A stretch of DNA of 64,000 nt from a bacterium (lineage in GTDB: Bacteria; UBA10199; 2-02-FULL-44-16; JAAZCA01), in contig JAJZQH010000003.1 of the NCBI GenBank assembly GCA_021810905.1, positions 1,897 to 65,896 on the forward strand. The letters are read 5' to 3'. Every line of letters begins with the position of its first letter. The first letter of the stretch is position 1. The position numbers were made by a program, and so were the translations under genes. A model generated the notes under the pieces. The model was not told the DNA's origin. It worked only from the letters and a program-made list of their open reading frames with translations, and ran no database searches. Shown here piece by piece: positions 27,147 to 39,402 of the stretch.

Positions 27147-29213
27147 ATGGATATTATTCAGAAAAAATCCCATAAATTTTTTCAAAAGGCGCTCCTCTGG
27201 TCCGCGTTCCTCGATTCGCTCAGGAAGCTCTCGCCCAGGCACCTATTGAGAAATCCGGTCATGCTCGCGGTGGAGCTTGGCAGCGTCGTCACGACCGTGA
27301 ATTTCGTCGTCGGATTTTTTTCCAGACCTGCCGATCCGGCATGGTTCACCGGCCTAGTCTCCGTCTGGCTCTGGCTCACGGTCCTGTTTTCGACTTTCGC
27401 GGAATCGCTCGCCGAGGGCAGAGGCAAGGCCCAGGCCGACTCGCTGCGAAAGACGCGTACGGAGGTAATGGCCAAGAAGTTGAAAAGACCGGAACCCGGC
27501 GCCGAATATTCCCTCGTTCCTTCGGACAAACTCATGAAGGGCGACTTCGTCCTCGTAGAGGCGAACGACCCGATTCCCAGCGACGGCGAAGTGATCGAAG
27601 GCGCCGCGCTCGTGGACGAGTCGGCCGTCACCGGGGAATCGGCGCCGGTCGTGCGCGAATCGGGCGGGGACCGGAGCGCCGTCACAGGCGGCACCAAGGT
27701 CATCTCCAACCACATCATCGTGCGCATAACGGTGGACCCCGGTGAGACGTTCCTCGACAGGATGATATGCATGGTCGAGGGCGCGAAAAGGCGCAAGACG
27801 CCGAACGAAGTCGCGCTCGAAGCGCTCCTCCTCGCAATCACCGTGGTCTTTCTGCTCGTCGTGGTGAATCTCAATCCGCTCTCCGCGTACAGCGCGCACG
27901 TGGCCGGCCGCGGTAGCGCGGTCTCGCTCACGGTGCTCGTCGCGCTCTTCGTCTGTCTCGCGCCGACTACCATCGCTGCGCTGCTGCCGGCTATCGGCAT
28001 CGCCGGAATGGATCGCCTCTTTCAGCGCAACGTGATAGCGCTCTCAGGCAAGGCGATCGAGGCCGCGGGAGACGTGAACGTGCTTCTGCTCGACAAAACC
28101 GGCACGATCACGCTCGGCAACCGGCAGGCGGTGGAATTCACGCCGCTCGGCGAGCACACCGATCACGAAGTCGCGGAGGCGTCGCTCATGGCGTCTCTCA
28201 CGGACGAGACGCCCGAGGGCCGAAGCATCGTCGTGCTCGCAAAGCAGAAGTACAATCTGCGCATGCACGAGATGCCTGCTGGAGCCCGCTCCATCCCGTT
28301 CACCGCGCAGAATCGGATGAGCGGCATCGACGTCGACGGGCAGTCTTATCGCAAGGGTGCGCCCGACTCTATCGCAAAGAGCATCGCGAGTCAGGGAAAG
28401 TCCGTACCCGATGGGCTGGATCGCTGCCTCGCGGATATAGAGGGCACCGGTGGCACACCGCTGGTCGTGATGAAAAATGACGAAGTCATCGGCGTGATCC
28501 ACTTGAAGGACATCGTCAAGGGTGGAATCCAGGAGAGATTCGCGGCGCTGCGCAAGATGGGGATCATGACGACGATGATCACCGGCGACAGCTACCTCAC
28601 CGCAGCCACTATCGCTGCCGAGGCCGGCGTGGACGATTTCCAGGCGCAGGCTAAGCCGGAGCAGAAGCTGCACTGGATACGCGGCTATCAGGCCAACGGA
28701 TACATGGTCGCCATGACAGGCGACGGAACGAACGACGCGCCGGCGCTCGCGCAGGCGGACGTCGCCGTTGCGATGAACACGGGCACGCAGGCCGCACGCG
28801 AGGCCGCCAACATCATCGACCTCGATTCCAATCCCACCAAGCTCATGGATATCGTGGAGATCGGAAAGCAGCTGCTCATGACGAGGGGCTCGCTCACCAC
28901 GTTCAGCATCGCCAACGACATTGCAAAATACTTCGCCATCATCCCCGCGGCGCTCTTCACCATCTATCCGCAACTGGGCGTGCTTGGACTGATGCGCCTG
29001 GCTAACCCGCATACGGCGATACTCTCCGCGGTCATTTTCAACGCGATCGTTATACCGCTGCTCATACCGCTGGCGCTCAAGGGCGTGAAATACCGGCCGA
29101 TGCCCGCGGAGAAGCTTTTGATCTACAACCTGCTCGTCTTCGGTGCGGGCGGCATAATCGCGCCGTTCATAGGCATAAAGCTTATCGACATGGCGATATC
29201 GCTGTTCGTTTGA
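27147..29213 (+). CDS. kdpB: Potassium-transporting P-type ATPase subunit B
   Basis: P-type ATPase motifs [26 protein letters not shown] 27147 after GGAG. Follows kdpA stop by 1 nt. Confidence 0.9.
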   Translation: MDIIQKKSHKFFQKALLWSAFLDSLRKLSPRHLLRNPVMLAVELGSVVTTVNFVVGFFSRPADPAWFTGLVSVWLWLTVLFSTFAESLAEGRGKAQADSLRKTRTEVMAKKLKRPEPGAEYSLVPSDKLMKGDFVLVEANDPIPSDGEVIEGAALVDESAVTGESAPVVRESGGDRSAVTGGTKVISNHIIVRITVDPGETFLDRMICMVEGAKRRKTPNEVALEALLLAITVVFLLVVVNLNPLSAYSAHVAGRGSAVSLTVLVALFVCLAPTTIAALLPAIGIAGMDRLFQRNVIALSGKAIEAAGDVNVLLLDKTGTITLGNRQAVEFTPLGEHTDHEVAEASLMASLTDETPEGRSIVVLAKQKYNLRMHEMPAGARSIPFTAQNRMSGIDVDGQSYRKGAPDSIAKSIASQGKSVPDGLDRCLADIEGTGGTPLVVMKNDEVIGVIHLKDIVKGGIQERFAALRKMGIMTTMITGDSYLTAATIAAEAGVDDFQAQAKPEQKLHWIRGYQANGYMVAMTGDGTNDAPALAQADVAVAMNTGTQAAREAANIIDLDSNPTKLMDIVEIGKQLLMTRGSLTTFSIANDIAKYFAIIPAALFTIYPQLGVLGLMRLANPHTAILSAVIFNAIVIPLLIPLALKGVKYRPMPAEKLLIYNLLVFGAGGIIAPFIGIKLIDMAISLFV

Positions 29214-29223
29214 GGTGAATGAA

Positions 29224-29811
29224 ATGCGAAGAATAAAAACCGCACTGATCCTCTTTGCGCTGCTGGCGATAATAACCGGCGGAATCTATCCGGCGATCGT
29301 TACGCTCGTCGCGCGAACGGCGTTTCCCGCTGCGGCACGCGGCAGCCTGATCTTTGATGCCGGCGGCAACGTGCTCGGTTCCTCGCTCATCGGTCAGCAA
29401 TTCTCGGATGCGAAATACTTCTGGCCGCGGCCATCGTCCACGGCGGATCATCCGTACAACGCGATGGCCTCCGGCGGCTCGCAGCTCGGGCCCACCAATC
29501 CCGAACTCGCCCGCGAAGTATCGGAGAGGATTGACGCGCTGAAGGCCGCCGGCGTCTCCGCGCCCTTTCCTTCGGATCTCGTGACTTCGTCCGCAAGCGG
29601 TCTCGATCCGCACATCTCGCCTGAAGCGGCGCTGGTACAGATACCCCGCGTAGCAAAGGCGCGCGGAATGAACGAAGATGATATTCGCTCGATCGTCTTT
29701 AGAATGATCGAGGATCGGGCGCTGGGATTTATCGGAGCGCCGCGCGTCAACGTGCTTCAGCTCAATATCAAGCTGGGCGACATGGAAGGCAAAGCTTATG
29801 GGAAACGATGA
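29224..29811 (+). CDS. kdpC: Potassium-transporting ATPase subunit C
   Basis: KdpC family, single N-terminal TM helix. Track start GTG 29215; ATG 29224 with GAGGTGA SD preferred. Confidence 0.85.
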   Translation: MRRIKTALILFALLAIITGGIYPAIVTLVARTAFPAAARGSLIFDAGGNVLGSSLIGQQFSDAKYFWPRPSSTADHPYNAMASGGSQLGPTNPELAREVSERIDALKAAGVSAPFPSDLVTSSASGLDPHISPEAALVQIPRVAKARGMNEDDIRSIVFRMIEDRALGFIGAPRVNVLQLNIKLGDMEGKAYGKR

Positions 29812-31729
29812 AGAGAGAAGGCCTGAACCCGAATCGCTATTGGAGCTATCTCGCGAGGAAGAGGGAAAGGATCGCGGCAAGCTCACGATTTATTTCGGCG
29901 CCGCGCCCGGCGTGGGAAAGACCTACTCCATGCTCTCCGACGCCAGGTTGAAGAAGAGGGACGGCGTGGACGTGTTGGTCGGCTACTACGAAGCCCACGC
30001 GCGCCCCGAAACTGAGGCGCTGCTTGAAGGCCAGGAAATAATACCGCCGAGGAAGATTGAATATCGCGGCATGGCTCTCAAGGAGATGGACCTGGAGGCC
30101 ATACTCAAGCGCAAACCCGCGCTCGTGCTCGTGGACGAGCTCGCGCACACTAACGCGCCGGAGTCGCGGCACGTCAAGCGCTACCAGGACGTGGAGGAGC
30201 TTTTGGACGCGGGCATCGACGTCTATGCCACGCTCAACGTCCAACACCTGGAGAGTGTCAGCGACCTCATCTTCCAGATCGCGGGCATCCGCGTGCAGGA
30301 AAAAATTCCGGATACGATCTTTCAGTCCGCCGACGAGGTGAAGCTAGTCGATCTCCCCTACGAGGAGCTGCTCCAGCGGCTCAACGAAGGGAAGGTCTAC
30401 GTGAAAGGGATGGCCGAAGAGGCGCTCCGCCGCTTCTTCCAGCCGAGCAATCTCCTCGCGCTCAGACAGATGGCCATGCGCCTCTCGGCGGGACGCGTTG
30501 ACGAGCGCATGCGCATCTACATGCGCGCTCACGCGATCGCGGGGCCCTGGCCCATCTCCGAACGAATACTCGTGAGCGTCTATGCGAGCCCGTATGCGGA
30601 GCGGCTCGTGCGCTCCACGTTCAGGCTCGCATCCGAAATGAACGCGGAATGGGCGGCTATCTACGTGGAAGGCCCGGAGCACGCCCGCCTCTCGGACGAA
30701 GAAAAACGCTGGCTCGAAAACGCGATGGACATCGCGCGCAAGCTGGGCGCGCAGATCGTCTGGACAAAAGGCGACGATCCGGCCGACGAGATCTCCCGCT
30801 ACGCGCAGAACAACAACGTCACCAAGATCGTCATGGGAAAACCCGGGAGGCTCTGGTTCTTCCCCACCATCGTGCGCAAGATCATGTACCGCACCCGCAA
30901 CATCGACATCTTTCTCTTTGCGAGCGAAGGGAAGGACGAGGTCCGTCCGATTCGCGCGAAGCGGCGGCGCGGTTTCAAACTCCGCAATTATCTTTTGGGC
31001 CTTCTCTCCGTTGCTATCGTATCGGGCATCGGCTTTATGCTGAGGGATGTGATCGGTGAGATGAACATCCTCTTCATGATGCTGCTTCCGGTAATCTGGA
31101 CCGCCATCTACCTCGGGAGGGGCGCTTCGATCATAACGGCTCTGGCAAGCATTGTGGCGTTCGATTTCCTCTTCGTCCACCCCTACTACACCTTTACGGT
31201 CCACGAGATCGGAGACATGATTTCATTTTCAGTGTACCTGATCGTCGCCGTTGTCATCAGCAACCTCGCTTCCAAGCTGCGCTACAGGGTTGGTCTGCTC
31301 GCGCAGAGCGAATCGCGCAGCGTAGCGCTATGCGACGCGAGCAGACATCTCGTCACCGCGCGAAACGTGGATCAGGTACTCTCCCTTCTCATCAACCGCG
31401 TGAAGGCGATCCTTCCGTGCGAGGTCGCGATACTGCTTCCCAGCGGCGCACAGCTCTCGGTGGAGGCGGCGACGCCCGAATTCAAGATCGATCAGAAGGA
31501 GCTCTCCGTCGCAACGTGGGTATGGCTGAACGGCAAGAACGCGGGACAGGCCACCGAGACCCTGCCGCAAGCATGGGCCCACTACCTGCCGATGAGGACG
31601 TCCGACGGGATCAAGGGCGTGCTGGGCGTGCACCTCGACGATCCAAAGGAATTCCTGACGCCCGAGAACGACGCAGTGCTCGACGCGCTAGCGGGCCTCG
31701 GAGCGACGGCGATAGAGAGGATAGGGTAA
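29798..31729 (+). CDS. kdpD: KdpD N-terminal sensor protein (KdpD-N + Usp + TM + GAF), lacking histidine-kinase domains
   Basis: KdpD N-terminal P-loop GAAPGVGKTYSML. Usp-like region. Four TM helices. GAF-like C-terminus. ORF ends after GAF (…GLGATAIERIG) with no HisKA/HATPase. Confidence 0.8.
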   Translation: MGNDEERRPEPESLLELSREEEGKDRGKLTIYFGAAPGVGKTYSMLSDARLKKRDGVDVLVGYYEAHARPETEALLEGQEIIPPRKIEYRGMALKEMDLEAILKRKPALVLVDELAHTNAPESRHVKRYQDVEELLDAGIDVYATLNVQHLESVSDLIFQIAGIRVQEKIPDTIFQSADEVKLVDLPYEELLQRLNEGKVYVKGMAEEALRRFFQPSNLLALRQMAMRLSAGRVDERMRIYMRAHAIAGPWPISERILVSVYASPYAERLVRSTFRLASEMNAEWAAIYVEGPEHARLSDEEKRWLENAMDIARKLGAQIVWTKGDDPADEISRYAQNNNVTKIVMGKPGRLWFFPTIVRKIMYRTRNIDIFLFASEGKDEVRPIRAKRRRGFKLRNYLLGLLSVAIVSGIGFMLRDVIGEMNILFMMLLPVIWTAIYLGRGASIITALASIVAFDFLFVHPYYTFTVHEIGDMISFSVYLIVAVVISNLASKLRYRVGLLAQSESRSVALCDASRHLVTARNVDQVLSLLINRVKAILPCEVAILLPSGAQLSVEAATPEFKIDQKELSVATWVWLNGKNAGQATETLPQAWAHYLPMRTSDGIKGVLGVHLDDPKEFLTPENDAVLDALAGLGATAIERIG

Positions 31730-31765
31730 TGAAGAGTGTCGTTTCCTGCTTTCCCCGTAGGTCCG

Positions 31766-33244
31766 TCATCGCGGCAGGTAGCGGAGGATCGCGTCCTCAA
31801 AGTGCGGCAGATAGTCGTCGAGCCTCATCGGCGCGTCGCGATGTGTGACCTCGCGCATGAACCTGAGCGAAGGGCAGGCGTCTCTCTTCCAGGGCGAGAT
31901 GCCGACGCCATCGTCGCGGTCAAAGTCAAAATCCTCCAAGTCGATCGCGTCCGCGAGCCGCGCGCGCAGCGCCGTTCCCGGATAGGGCATGAGCGCCTGC
32001 ACCGAGAGGCCCACCTCCATTTCCGGCGTCGAGAGATCGAGAAACTCCCGCATATCGTCCAGCATCGCCAACGCGGAATCGCGCGTCATAAAGGGCGTTG
32101 TGATATAGGAGAGCGTGAGTTTCCGGGGGACGGCGGCGCTCGCCTTCCGTCGGCGCAGAAGCATGGCTCCGATGAAATTGCGCAACGCGGTTTTCTCCTC
32201 GTCGAGCGTGTGCTGATCCTTGATCTTTCCAAGGTATTTCGTCCCGATCACCCGCGCGTCCTCTTCCAACACGGCGTCACGGCCGGCGTAGAAATACCAG
32301 CAGCCGTACCTCTCAGCTCTCTCGACGACGCGATAAAAATTCTTCAGGAGCGCCGACGGATCGAGATAGACCGCCTTGAGCGAGCGATCCTCGCCTTCAA
32401 TCCTGTCGAAAATTTCGCGATAGAAGTCGTCGAGGTGCGGTAAGAACGGATTGGAATCCGTGAGAGAGAACGTGTGCACGCCCTCCCGGAGCATGGCCCC
32501 GAGCCCACACGCCACGATGTCAACCGTCAGATTCGGAGGCCGTCTCCCCGTGATGAAGCAGAAGTCGCACCCGTTACGGCACTGATCTGCAAGCATCGTG
32601 ATCACCTCTCCTTCGCCCGCGTCACCGCTGGAGGGGAGCCTCCCGACGCGAGGATAGAACCCTGTGCCGCGGCCCACGACCTTGTGATATACAGGATCGA
32701 GCTGATAAAAGCCGGGTGTCGTGACATCCTCTCTCCTGCCCCGGTGCTTGACGACGAGATCCACGAATCCCTGTGCATGTCCGCACACTGCCGCATCGGC
32801 CAACCCCATGCCGAGCGCCGCCTCGACCGGATCCGCGAATCCGGCGATCCGTTCGCGCACGACGTGCGCTCCGCCGAGGACGATCTGGACGCCGGGAAAG
32901 GCCCGCCTGAGCAGCGGCGAAAGCACGGCAAGGACGTGGTAACGGCTCGATGTCGTGGAGATGCCCATGACCGCGCCCGACTCCGCGGCGCCCGCGCTCC
33001 GGAACGCATCGACGACGGCGCTGCTGCCGCCGGAGAGGTCATAGGGCCGGGATGCGTGGGGCTTCAGGATCACGGCGTCTTTGAACCCCTCAGTGATCAG
33101 GGCCTCTTTTATGGTTTCGAGCCCGAGGTGTTCGGAGGCGGCATCCGCGGGCCTCGCAGGGTCCAGCTCAAAATCGCCGGTCGAGGCGAGGATCACCGAA
33201 CTCACATCCGGCTGCGGCATGATGATGGCAGGGGCCATGGGCAT
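31766..33244 (-). CDS. Radical SAM-like protein with N-terminal B12-binding-like domain (paralog of 23696..25210)
   Basis: 492 aa. CxxxCxxC in MLADQCRNGCDFCFITG. About 45% identity to the 23696..25210 product across the full length. Confidence 0.6.
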   Translation of the reverse strand: MPMAPAIIMPQPDVSSVILASTGDFELDPARPADAASEHLGLETIKEALITEGFKDAVILKPHASRPYDLSGGSSAVVDAFRSAGAAESGAVMGISTTSSRYHVLAVLSPLLRRAFPGVQIVLGGAHVVRERIAGFADPVEAALGMGLADAAVCGHAQGFVDLVVKHRGRREDVTTPGFYQLDPVYHKVVGRGTGFYPRVGRLPSSGDAGEGEVITMLADQCRNGCDFCFITGRRPPNLTVDIVACGLGAMLREGVHTFSLTDSNPFLPHLDDFYREIFDRIEGEDRSLKAVYLDPSALLKNFYRVVERAERYGCWYFYAGRDAVLEEDARVIGTKYLGKIKDQHTLDEEKTALRNFIGAMLLRRRKASAAVPRKLTLSYITTPFMTRDSALAMLDDMREFLDLSTPEMEVGLSVQALMPYPGTALRARLADAIDLEDFDFDRDDGVGISPWKRDACPSLRFMREVTHRDAPMRLDDYLPHFEDAILRYLPR

Positions 33245-33341
33245 ACGGCATTGTTATCGACCGAACCGCAAAATGGTTGCGATGTTTTTTAATGTCCTCT
33301 AGGAAAGATGCTTCTCGAAACCAGTCGAAGGAGAGACTCAC

Positions 33342-33770
33342 ATGACAAGCACATCTGGAAGGATCATCGCCGTCATCACCATCGCCCTCATCGGGCTCTG
33401 CATCTCGCTGGAGCTCTCTGCCAAGGCCCCGGCCGCGGCGGCAGCCGCGCCCAAGGCGCTCTCCATCAAACGCAACATGAAGATCGACGACTGCGCCGCG
33501 CGAGGCATAGTGCAGGATCAAATCCTCTTTATCTACTCTCACTCCTGCCCTTACTGCAAAGAGGCGCTGCCGATCGTCGAACGGGTCGTGAAGAATCACT
33601 CGCTTGAATCGCGATACGTGCCCGTCGACACCCTGACGGACGAGGGGCAGGACAAACTCGCCGGATGGGGCATAGAGGCCTCATACGTCCCGCTCTTGAT
33701 CAAGGATTGCCGCGCCTACGTAGGCTCAAGGGATGAAAAGGAATACGAGCGCATCCTCACGGGCAAATAG
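33342..33770 (+). CDS. Thioredoxin-fold protein with CPYC motif (glutaredoxin/DsbA-like), N-terminal TM/signal
   Basis: YSHSCPYCKEALP active-site motif. Hydrophobic N-terminus. Confidence 0.6.
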   Translation: MTSTSGRIIAVITIALIGLCISLELSAKAPAAAAAAPKALSIKRNMKIDDCAARGIVQDQILFIYSHSCPYCKEALPIVERVVKNHSLESRYVPVDTLTDEGQDKLAGWGIEASYVPLLIKDCRAYVGSRDEKEYERILTGK

Positions 33771-33806
33771 CGTGAGGATGGTTCGTATTCAAAAGCTTGC
33801 AGTCCC

Positions 33807-35480
33807 TCACTGCACGTCGTCGATCGTCTGGATCGGGATCGGGGTGAATGATATCGGCGGCGATGTCAGTTTGTAATCGCTCAGGCAGCTCCAGACCTCC
33901 GGCCGATCGGGAAGTACGTTCGCCGGCGGCAATATATATGGGGAGTTCAGATTGAGAGCCGGTTCCTGTCCCTGCATCTTGACTATCGGCAGGTTCTTCT
34001 GAAGCAATAATTTATATGCCCAATTCGGAACGGAATTAATTTTTTTGGCTGCCGGCTCGAGTGCCACGTTCTGGTTCAGGAGTTGCACCCTCTCTAACAG
34101 TTTTAAAAGTAAATATTTGTGCGGCAGGCAGCCATAGTGAACGAGGTCACTGCCATCCACGAAGATGTCGTGAGGCTGAGGCACATAAACAGCGTAATTC
34201 TTAGCACCTGAATAGACCACGATTGCGGGAATATTGATGCTGCGCAACATATGCGCGAGGAAATGGCTGGACGTTGCGTCGTCTCCTGCTCGCATGGCGA
34301 AAACGAGCTCAAGAGGGGCGTTCAGCGCTCGATCATCCGGACTTGCATACTTATTACTCTGATCAGCGCTATAGTTGCCGCTCTTCTGCACTTGCGAGCA
34401 GTAACTCCTGCCAGGATTGAACTGCTTATATTCCGGCGATATACCCACATAATAGCCGGAATCGGTCATCGTAATATCACCGCCTTGCCCGTGAAGAGCT
34501 ACCTGCGGGTCCACCCATGTGACCTCTTTTTCGATGATGCCCCTTGCGGTCGCGATCACCGGATCTTGCTGATTCAACGCACTGAGCGTCACGGGGAATA
34601 TCTTGTAGGTGTTGAAACCAGCGCCGCGGCAGACCCAGGAACCTTCATCGCTGGTGAATTTCGTATACAGTAGATCAGGCAGTCCAATCACCTTCTTTGA
34701 AGGAATCTGCTTGTTCCACTGATATCCATCGGGGATATTGTTGAAGAAGAAATCGACGAGAGTTGGGTCCCACGTCTTGATAGACCATGGCAATATGACC
34801 GCAGCCTCGACCCAGAACGCGTGTACGATAGAGACGATCCGCTGCCTGCACATCATGTCCTCGGTTCCGCACTTGGCGTCCAATGCCGCGTCGAATGCCG
34901 CTTGTTTGTCACTCGCCTTGTCGAATGGGTTGTACGTGAGGAACAGATCGCGAACGAGATCCAGCGTGCCTTCGGAAGTCAGTTGGGCCTTGAGATTGCT
35001 GAGATTGGAATAAGCGATGATTTCATCAAATTTGCCGTTCATCCACGCATCGTGATCCGCGGCAACTGCCTCAGGTCTGATAAACGCATTCCCCTGATTT
35101 TGCTGGATGAACTGGGCATAACCAAGATTGATTTTGTTGAACGAATGTATTGACGGCGGAGTGACGTTCACCTGCTGATCCACGCAGTGGTTATTCGCAT
35201 CGCATACCTGAGGAGCCGTGCACGTTCCGCACGAGGCGATCGTGCCGCCGCATTCGTCGGGAATATTGTCGCCGCACGTATAGCCCAGGTCCGCGCAGGT
35301 CTTTGGCACGCAACTCTCTGTGGGCGCCGGAGTGGCTTCAGGCAGTTCGCTCACGGTCGGCTCGTTACCAGCGCCGGCAGGCGTTCCCTCCCCGCCGCCG
35401 CTGCAGCCGATCACACCGGCTACGACGAGCGCGATGCAGATGATGAGTGAACCAGCGTATATTGAATATAGTTTCTTCAT
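33807..35480 (-). CDS. Secreted lipoprotein, unknown function
   Basis: Track ORF trimmed to MKKLYSIYAG start (AGGAGG SD). Lipobox VIGCSGG. Cys-rich N-terminal module. No known domain recognised. Confidence 0.5.
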   Translation of the reverse strand: MKKLYSIYAGSLIICIALVVAGVIGCSGGGEGTPAGAGNEPTVSELPEATPAPTESCVPKTCADLGYTCGDNIPDECGGTIASCGTCTAPQVCDANNHCVDQQVNVTPPSIHSFNKINLGYAQFIQQNQGNAFIRPEAVAADHDAWMNGKFDEIIAYSNLSNLKAQLTSEGTLDLVRDLFLTYNPFDKASDKQAAFDAALDAKCGTEDMMCRQRIVSIVHAFWVEAAVILPWSIKTWDPTLVDFFFNNIPDGYQWNKQIPSKKVIGLPDLLYTKFTSDEGSWVCRGAGFNTYKIFPVTLSALNQQDPVIATARGIIEKEVTWVDPQVALHGQGGDITMTDSGYYVGISPEYKQFNPGRSYCSQVQKSGNYSADQSNKYASPDDRALNAPLELVFAMRAGDDATSSHFLAHMLRSINIPAIVVYSGAKNYAVYVPQPHDIFVDGSDLVHYGCLPHKYLLLKLLERVQLLNQNVALEPAAKKINSVPNWAYKLLLQKNLPIVKMQGQEPALNLNSPYILPPANVLPDRPEVWSCLSDYKLTSPPISFTPIPIQTIDDVQ

Positions 35481-35671
35481 GGCAATCCTCCTGGGCAAAA
35501 ACTTCACAATGCTTATAATACAGCAAAGGACGTGCCATTGCGGCAGAAAAAAAAGACAACTGTAATATCAGCAGGTTGTAGAACTCTCGACCCTGGCGGG
35601 ATCACCATCAAATTGAGAATCAGGGCTGCCGGCATTGGATTTTTGACTGATAAATCGGACCGCTCTTCGCC

Positions 35672-37516
<1,845 letters not shown>

Positions 37517-37553
37517 GGATTAAAGTACGGGCAAACTTCGCTCTTCGTCTCCA

Positions 37554-39215
37554 TCACTTTGCGGATGCCACGGCATGGTTGACTATGGCCTGCGCCTCCT
37601 GCTGGATGCGGCGCAGGTGTTCCTCTCCGCGGAAGCTCTCGGCGTAGATCTTGTAGATATTTTCAGTGCCCGACGGACGAGCCGCGAACCACCCGCTCTC
37701 GGCTATCACCTTGAGCCCGCCTATCGGCGCATCGTTGCCCGGCGCGTTCGTGAGGATCTTCTCTATCTTCTCGCCAGCCAGTTCGCCGAGCTTCACCTCA
37801 CGCGGAGAAAGCTTCTTGAGCAGGGCCTTCTGCGCGGGCGTGGCGGGTGCGTCGATGCGGTCGTAGAGCGGTTCGCCGAACTCGCGCGTGAGCTCGCGAT
37901 AGAGCTCGCCGGGGTCGCGCCCCTCTTTCGCCGTCATCTCAGCAGCGAGCAGCGCGGGGATCATTCCGTCCTTGTCAGTGCTCCACGCCCCGCCGTCCAT
38001 TCTCAAAAACGACGCGCCGGCGCTCTCCTCGCCGCCGAAGCCGAGCGAGCCGCCCTGCAGCCCGTCCACGAACCACTTGAAGCCGACCGGAGTCTCGTAG
38101 AGTTTGCGGCCGACCTTTGCAGTCACGCGGTCGATCATGCTGCTCGACACCACGGTCTTGCCCACTGCGGCGTCCTTTCGCCAATTGGGTCTGTTCCTGA
38201 AGAGGTATGAGACCATCACCGCGAGGTATTGGTTCGGCTGCATGAGGCCCGCGCTGCGCGTGACTATGCCGTGCCTGTCGTGATCGGTGTCGCATGCGAA
38301 TGCGATGGCGAAGCGATCCTTGAGTCCGATGAGCCTCTGCATCGTATAGGGAGACGAGGGATCCATGCGGATCTTGCCGTCCCAGTCGACTGTCATGAAA
38401 CCGAACGTCGGGTCCACCACTTCGCTTACGACCGTGAGATCGATCTTGTATCGCTCCGCGATCTGCGCCCAGTAGTGCACGCCCGCGCCGCCAAGCGGGT
38501 CCACTCCCATCTTGATGCCTGCAGCGCGAATTGCCTCCATGTCGATTACGTTTGCGAGGTCATTAGTATATGCGTCTATGTAATCGTACCTGTGCGTGGT
38601 TGCCGCGTGAAGGGACTTCTCGAACGTAATTCTCTTCACTTCCGCAAGCCCGTTTCCAAGAATCTCGTTCGCCTTTGCCTCGATCCACCCGGTAATTGTC
38701 GGATCCGCTGGTCCACCATTCGGCGGATTGTACTTGAAGCCGCCATCAGAGGGAGGATTGTGCGATGGAGTGATCACAATGCCGTCCGCAAGTCCCGTAG
38801 TGCGGCCGCGGTTGTATGTCAGTATGGCGTGGGAGATGGCGGGCGTCGGCGTGTATTCGTCCTTGTCGGAGACCATCGTCTCCACGCCGTTTGCCGCCAG
38901 CACCTCCAGCGCGGTTGCAAACGCGGGCGCCGAGAGAGCGTGCGTATCGACTCCGATGTAGAGCGGGCCGCCGATGTCGTTTTTCCTGCGATACATGCAG
39001 ATCGCCTGCGTGACCGCGAGGATGTGAGACTCGTTGAAGGATCTCTCGAACGACGATCCGCGATGACCGGAGGTCCCGAACAAAACCCTCTGCGCCGCAA
39101 TCTGCGGGTCGGGCTTCTCGGTGTAATATGCAGTGATGAGCTTCGGGATATCCACGAGCATCGACTGCGAAACCGGTTTTCCTGCGAGAGGGCTGACGTT
39201 CATTTTTGGCTCCAT
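37554..39215 (-). CDS. pgm: Phosphoglucomutase (alpha-D-glucose phosphate-specific)
   Basis: Active-site Ser motif FGTSGHRGSS. Mg-binding DTDHDR-like loop (CDTDHDRHGIV). 553 aa. Confidence 0.85.
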   Translation of the reverse strand: MEPKMNVSPLAGKPVSQSMLVDIPKLITAYYTEKPDPQIAAQRVLFGTSGHRGSSFERSFNESHILAVTQAICMYRRKNDIGGPLYIGVDTHALSAPAFATALEVLAANGVETMVSDKDEYTPTPAISHAILTYNRGRTTGLADGIVITPSHNPPSDGGFKYNPPNGGPADPTITGWIEAKANEILGNGLAEVKRITFEKSLHAATTHRYDYIDAYTNDLANVIDMEAIRAAGIKMGVDPLGGAGVHYWAQIAERYKIDLTVVSEVVDPTFGFMTVDWDGKIRMDPSSPYTMQRLIGLKDRFAIAFACDTDHDRHGIVTRSAGLMQPNQYLAVMVSYLFRNRPNWRKDAAVGKTVVSSSMIDRVTAKVGRKLYETPVGFKWFVDGLQGGSLGFGGEESAGASFLRMDGGAWSTDKDGMIPALLAAEMTAKEGRDPGELYRELTREFGEPLYDRIDAPATPAQKALLKKLSPREVKLGELAGEKIEKILTNAPGNDAPIGGLKVIAESGWFAARPSGTENIYKIYAESFRGEEHLRRIQQEAQAIVNHAVASAK

Positions 39216-39402
39216 TATGTACGGGGACCTCTAAGAACCGTCCAGATGCAAGGCGCCCGACTGAGGCCGGCCGAGTCAGACAAGGCGGGAAAACTTCTGC
39301 CAGATGGCAGAAGGCAAACCGCCGCGTCAGTTATCAATCGCCCGCCGCAGGCCGTGCCGATGGAGGGCAACGCAGCAGATGGGCGGTTATTAGAGGTTCC
39401 CC

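Noticed and set aside
27341-27899. Overlapping ORFs 27341..27745 (+) and 27354..27899 (-) inside kdpB
   Set aside because: Arg-rich out-of-frame or antisense translations within a well-supported P-type ATPase gene.
30344-31204. 286-aa reverse-strand ORF within kdpD
   Set aside because: Antisense of kdpD with R/D/H-rich composition. kdpD domain structure is well supported on the + strand.
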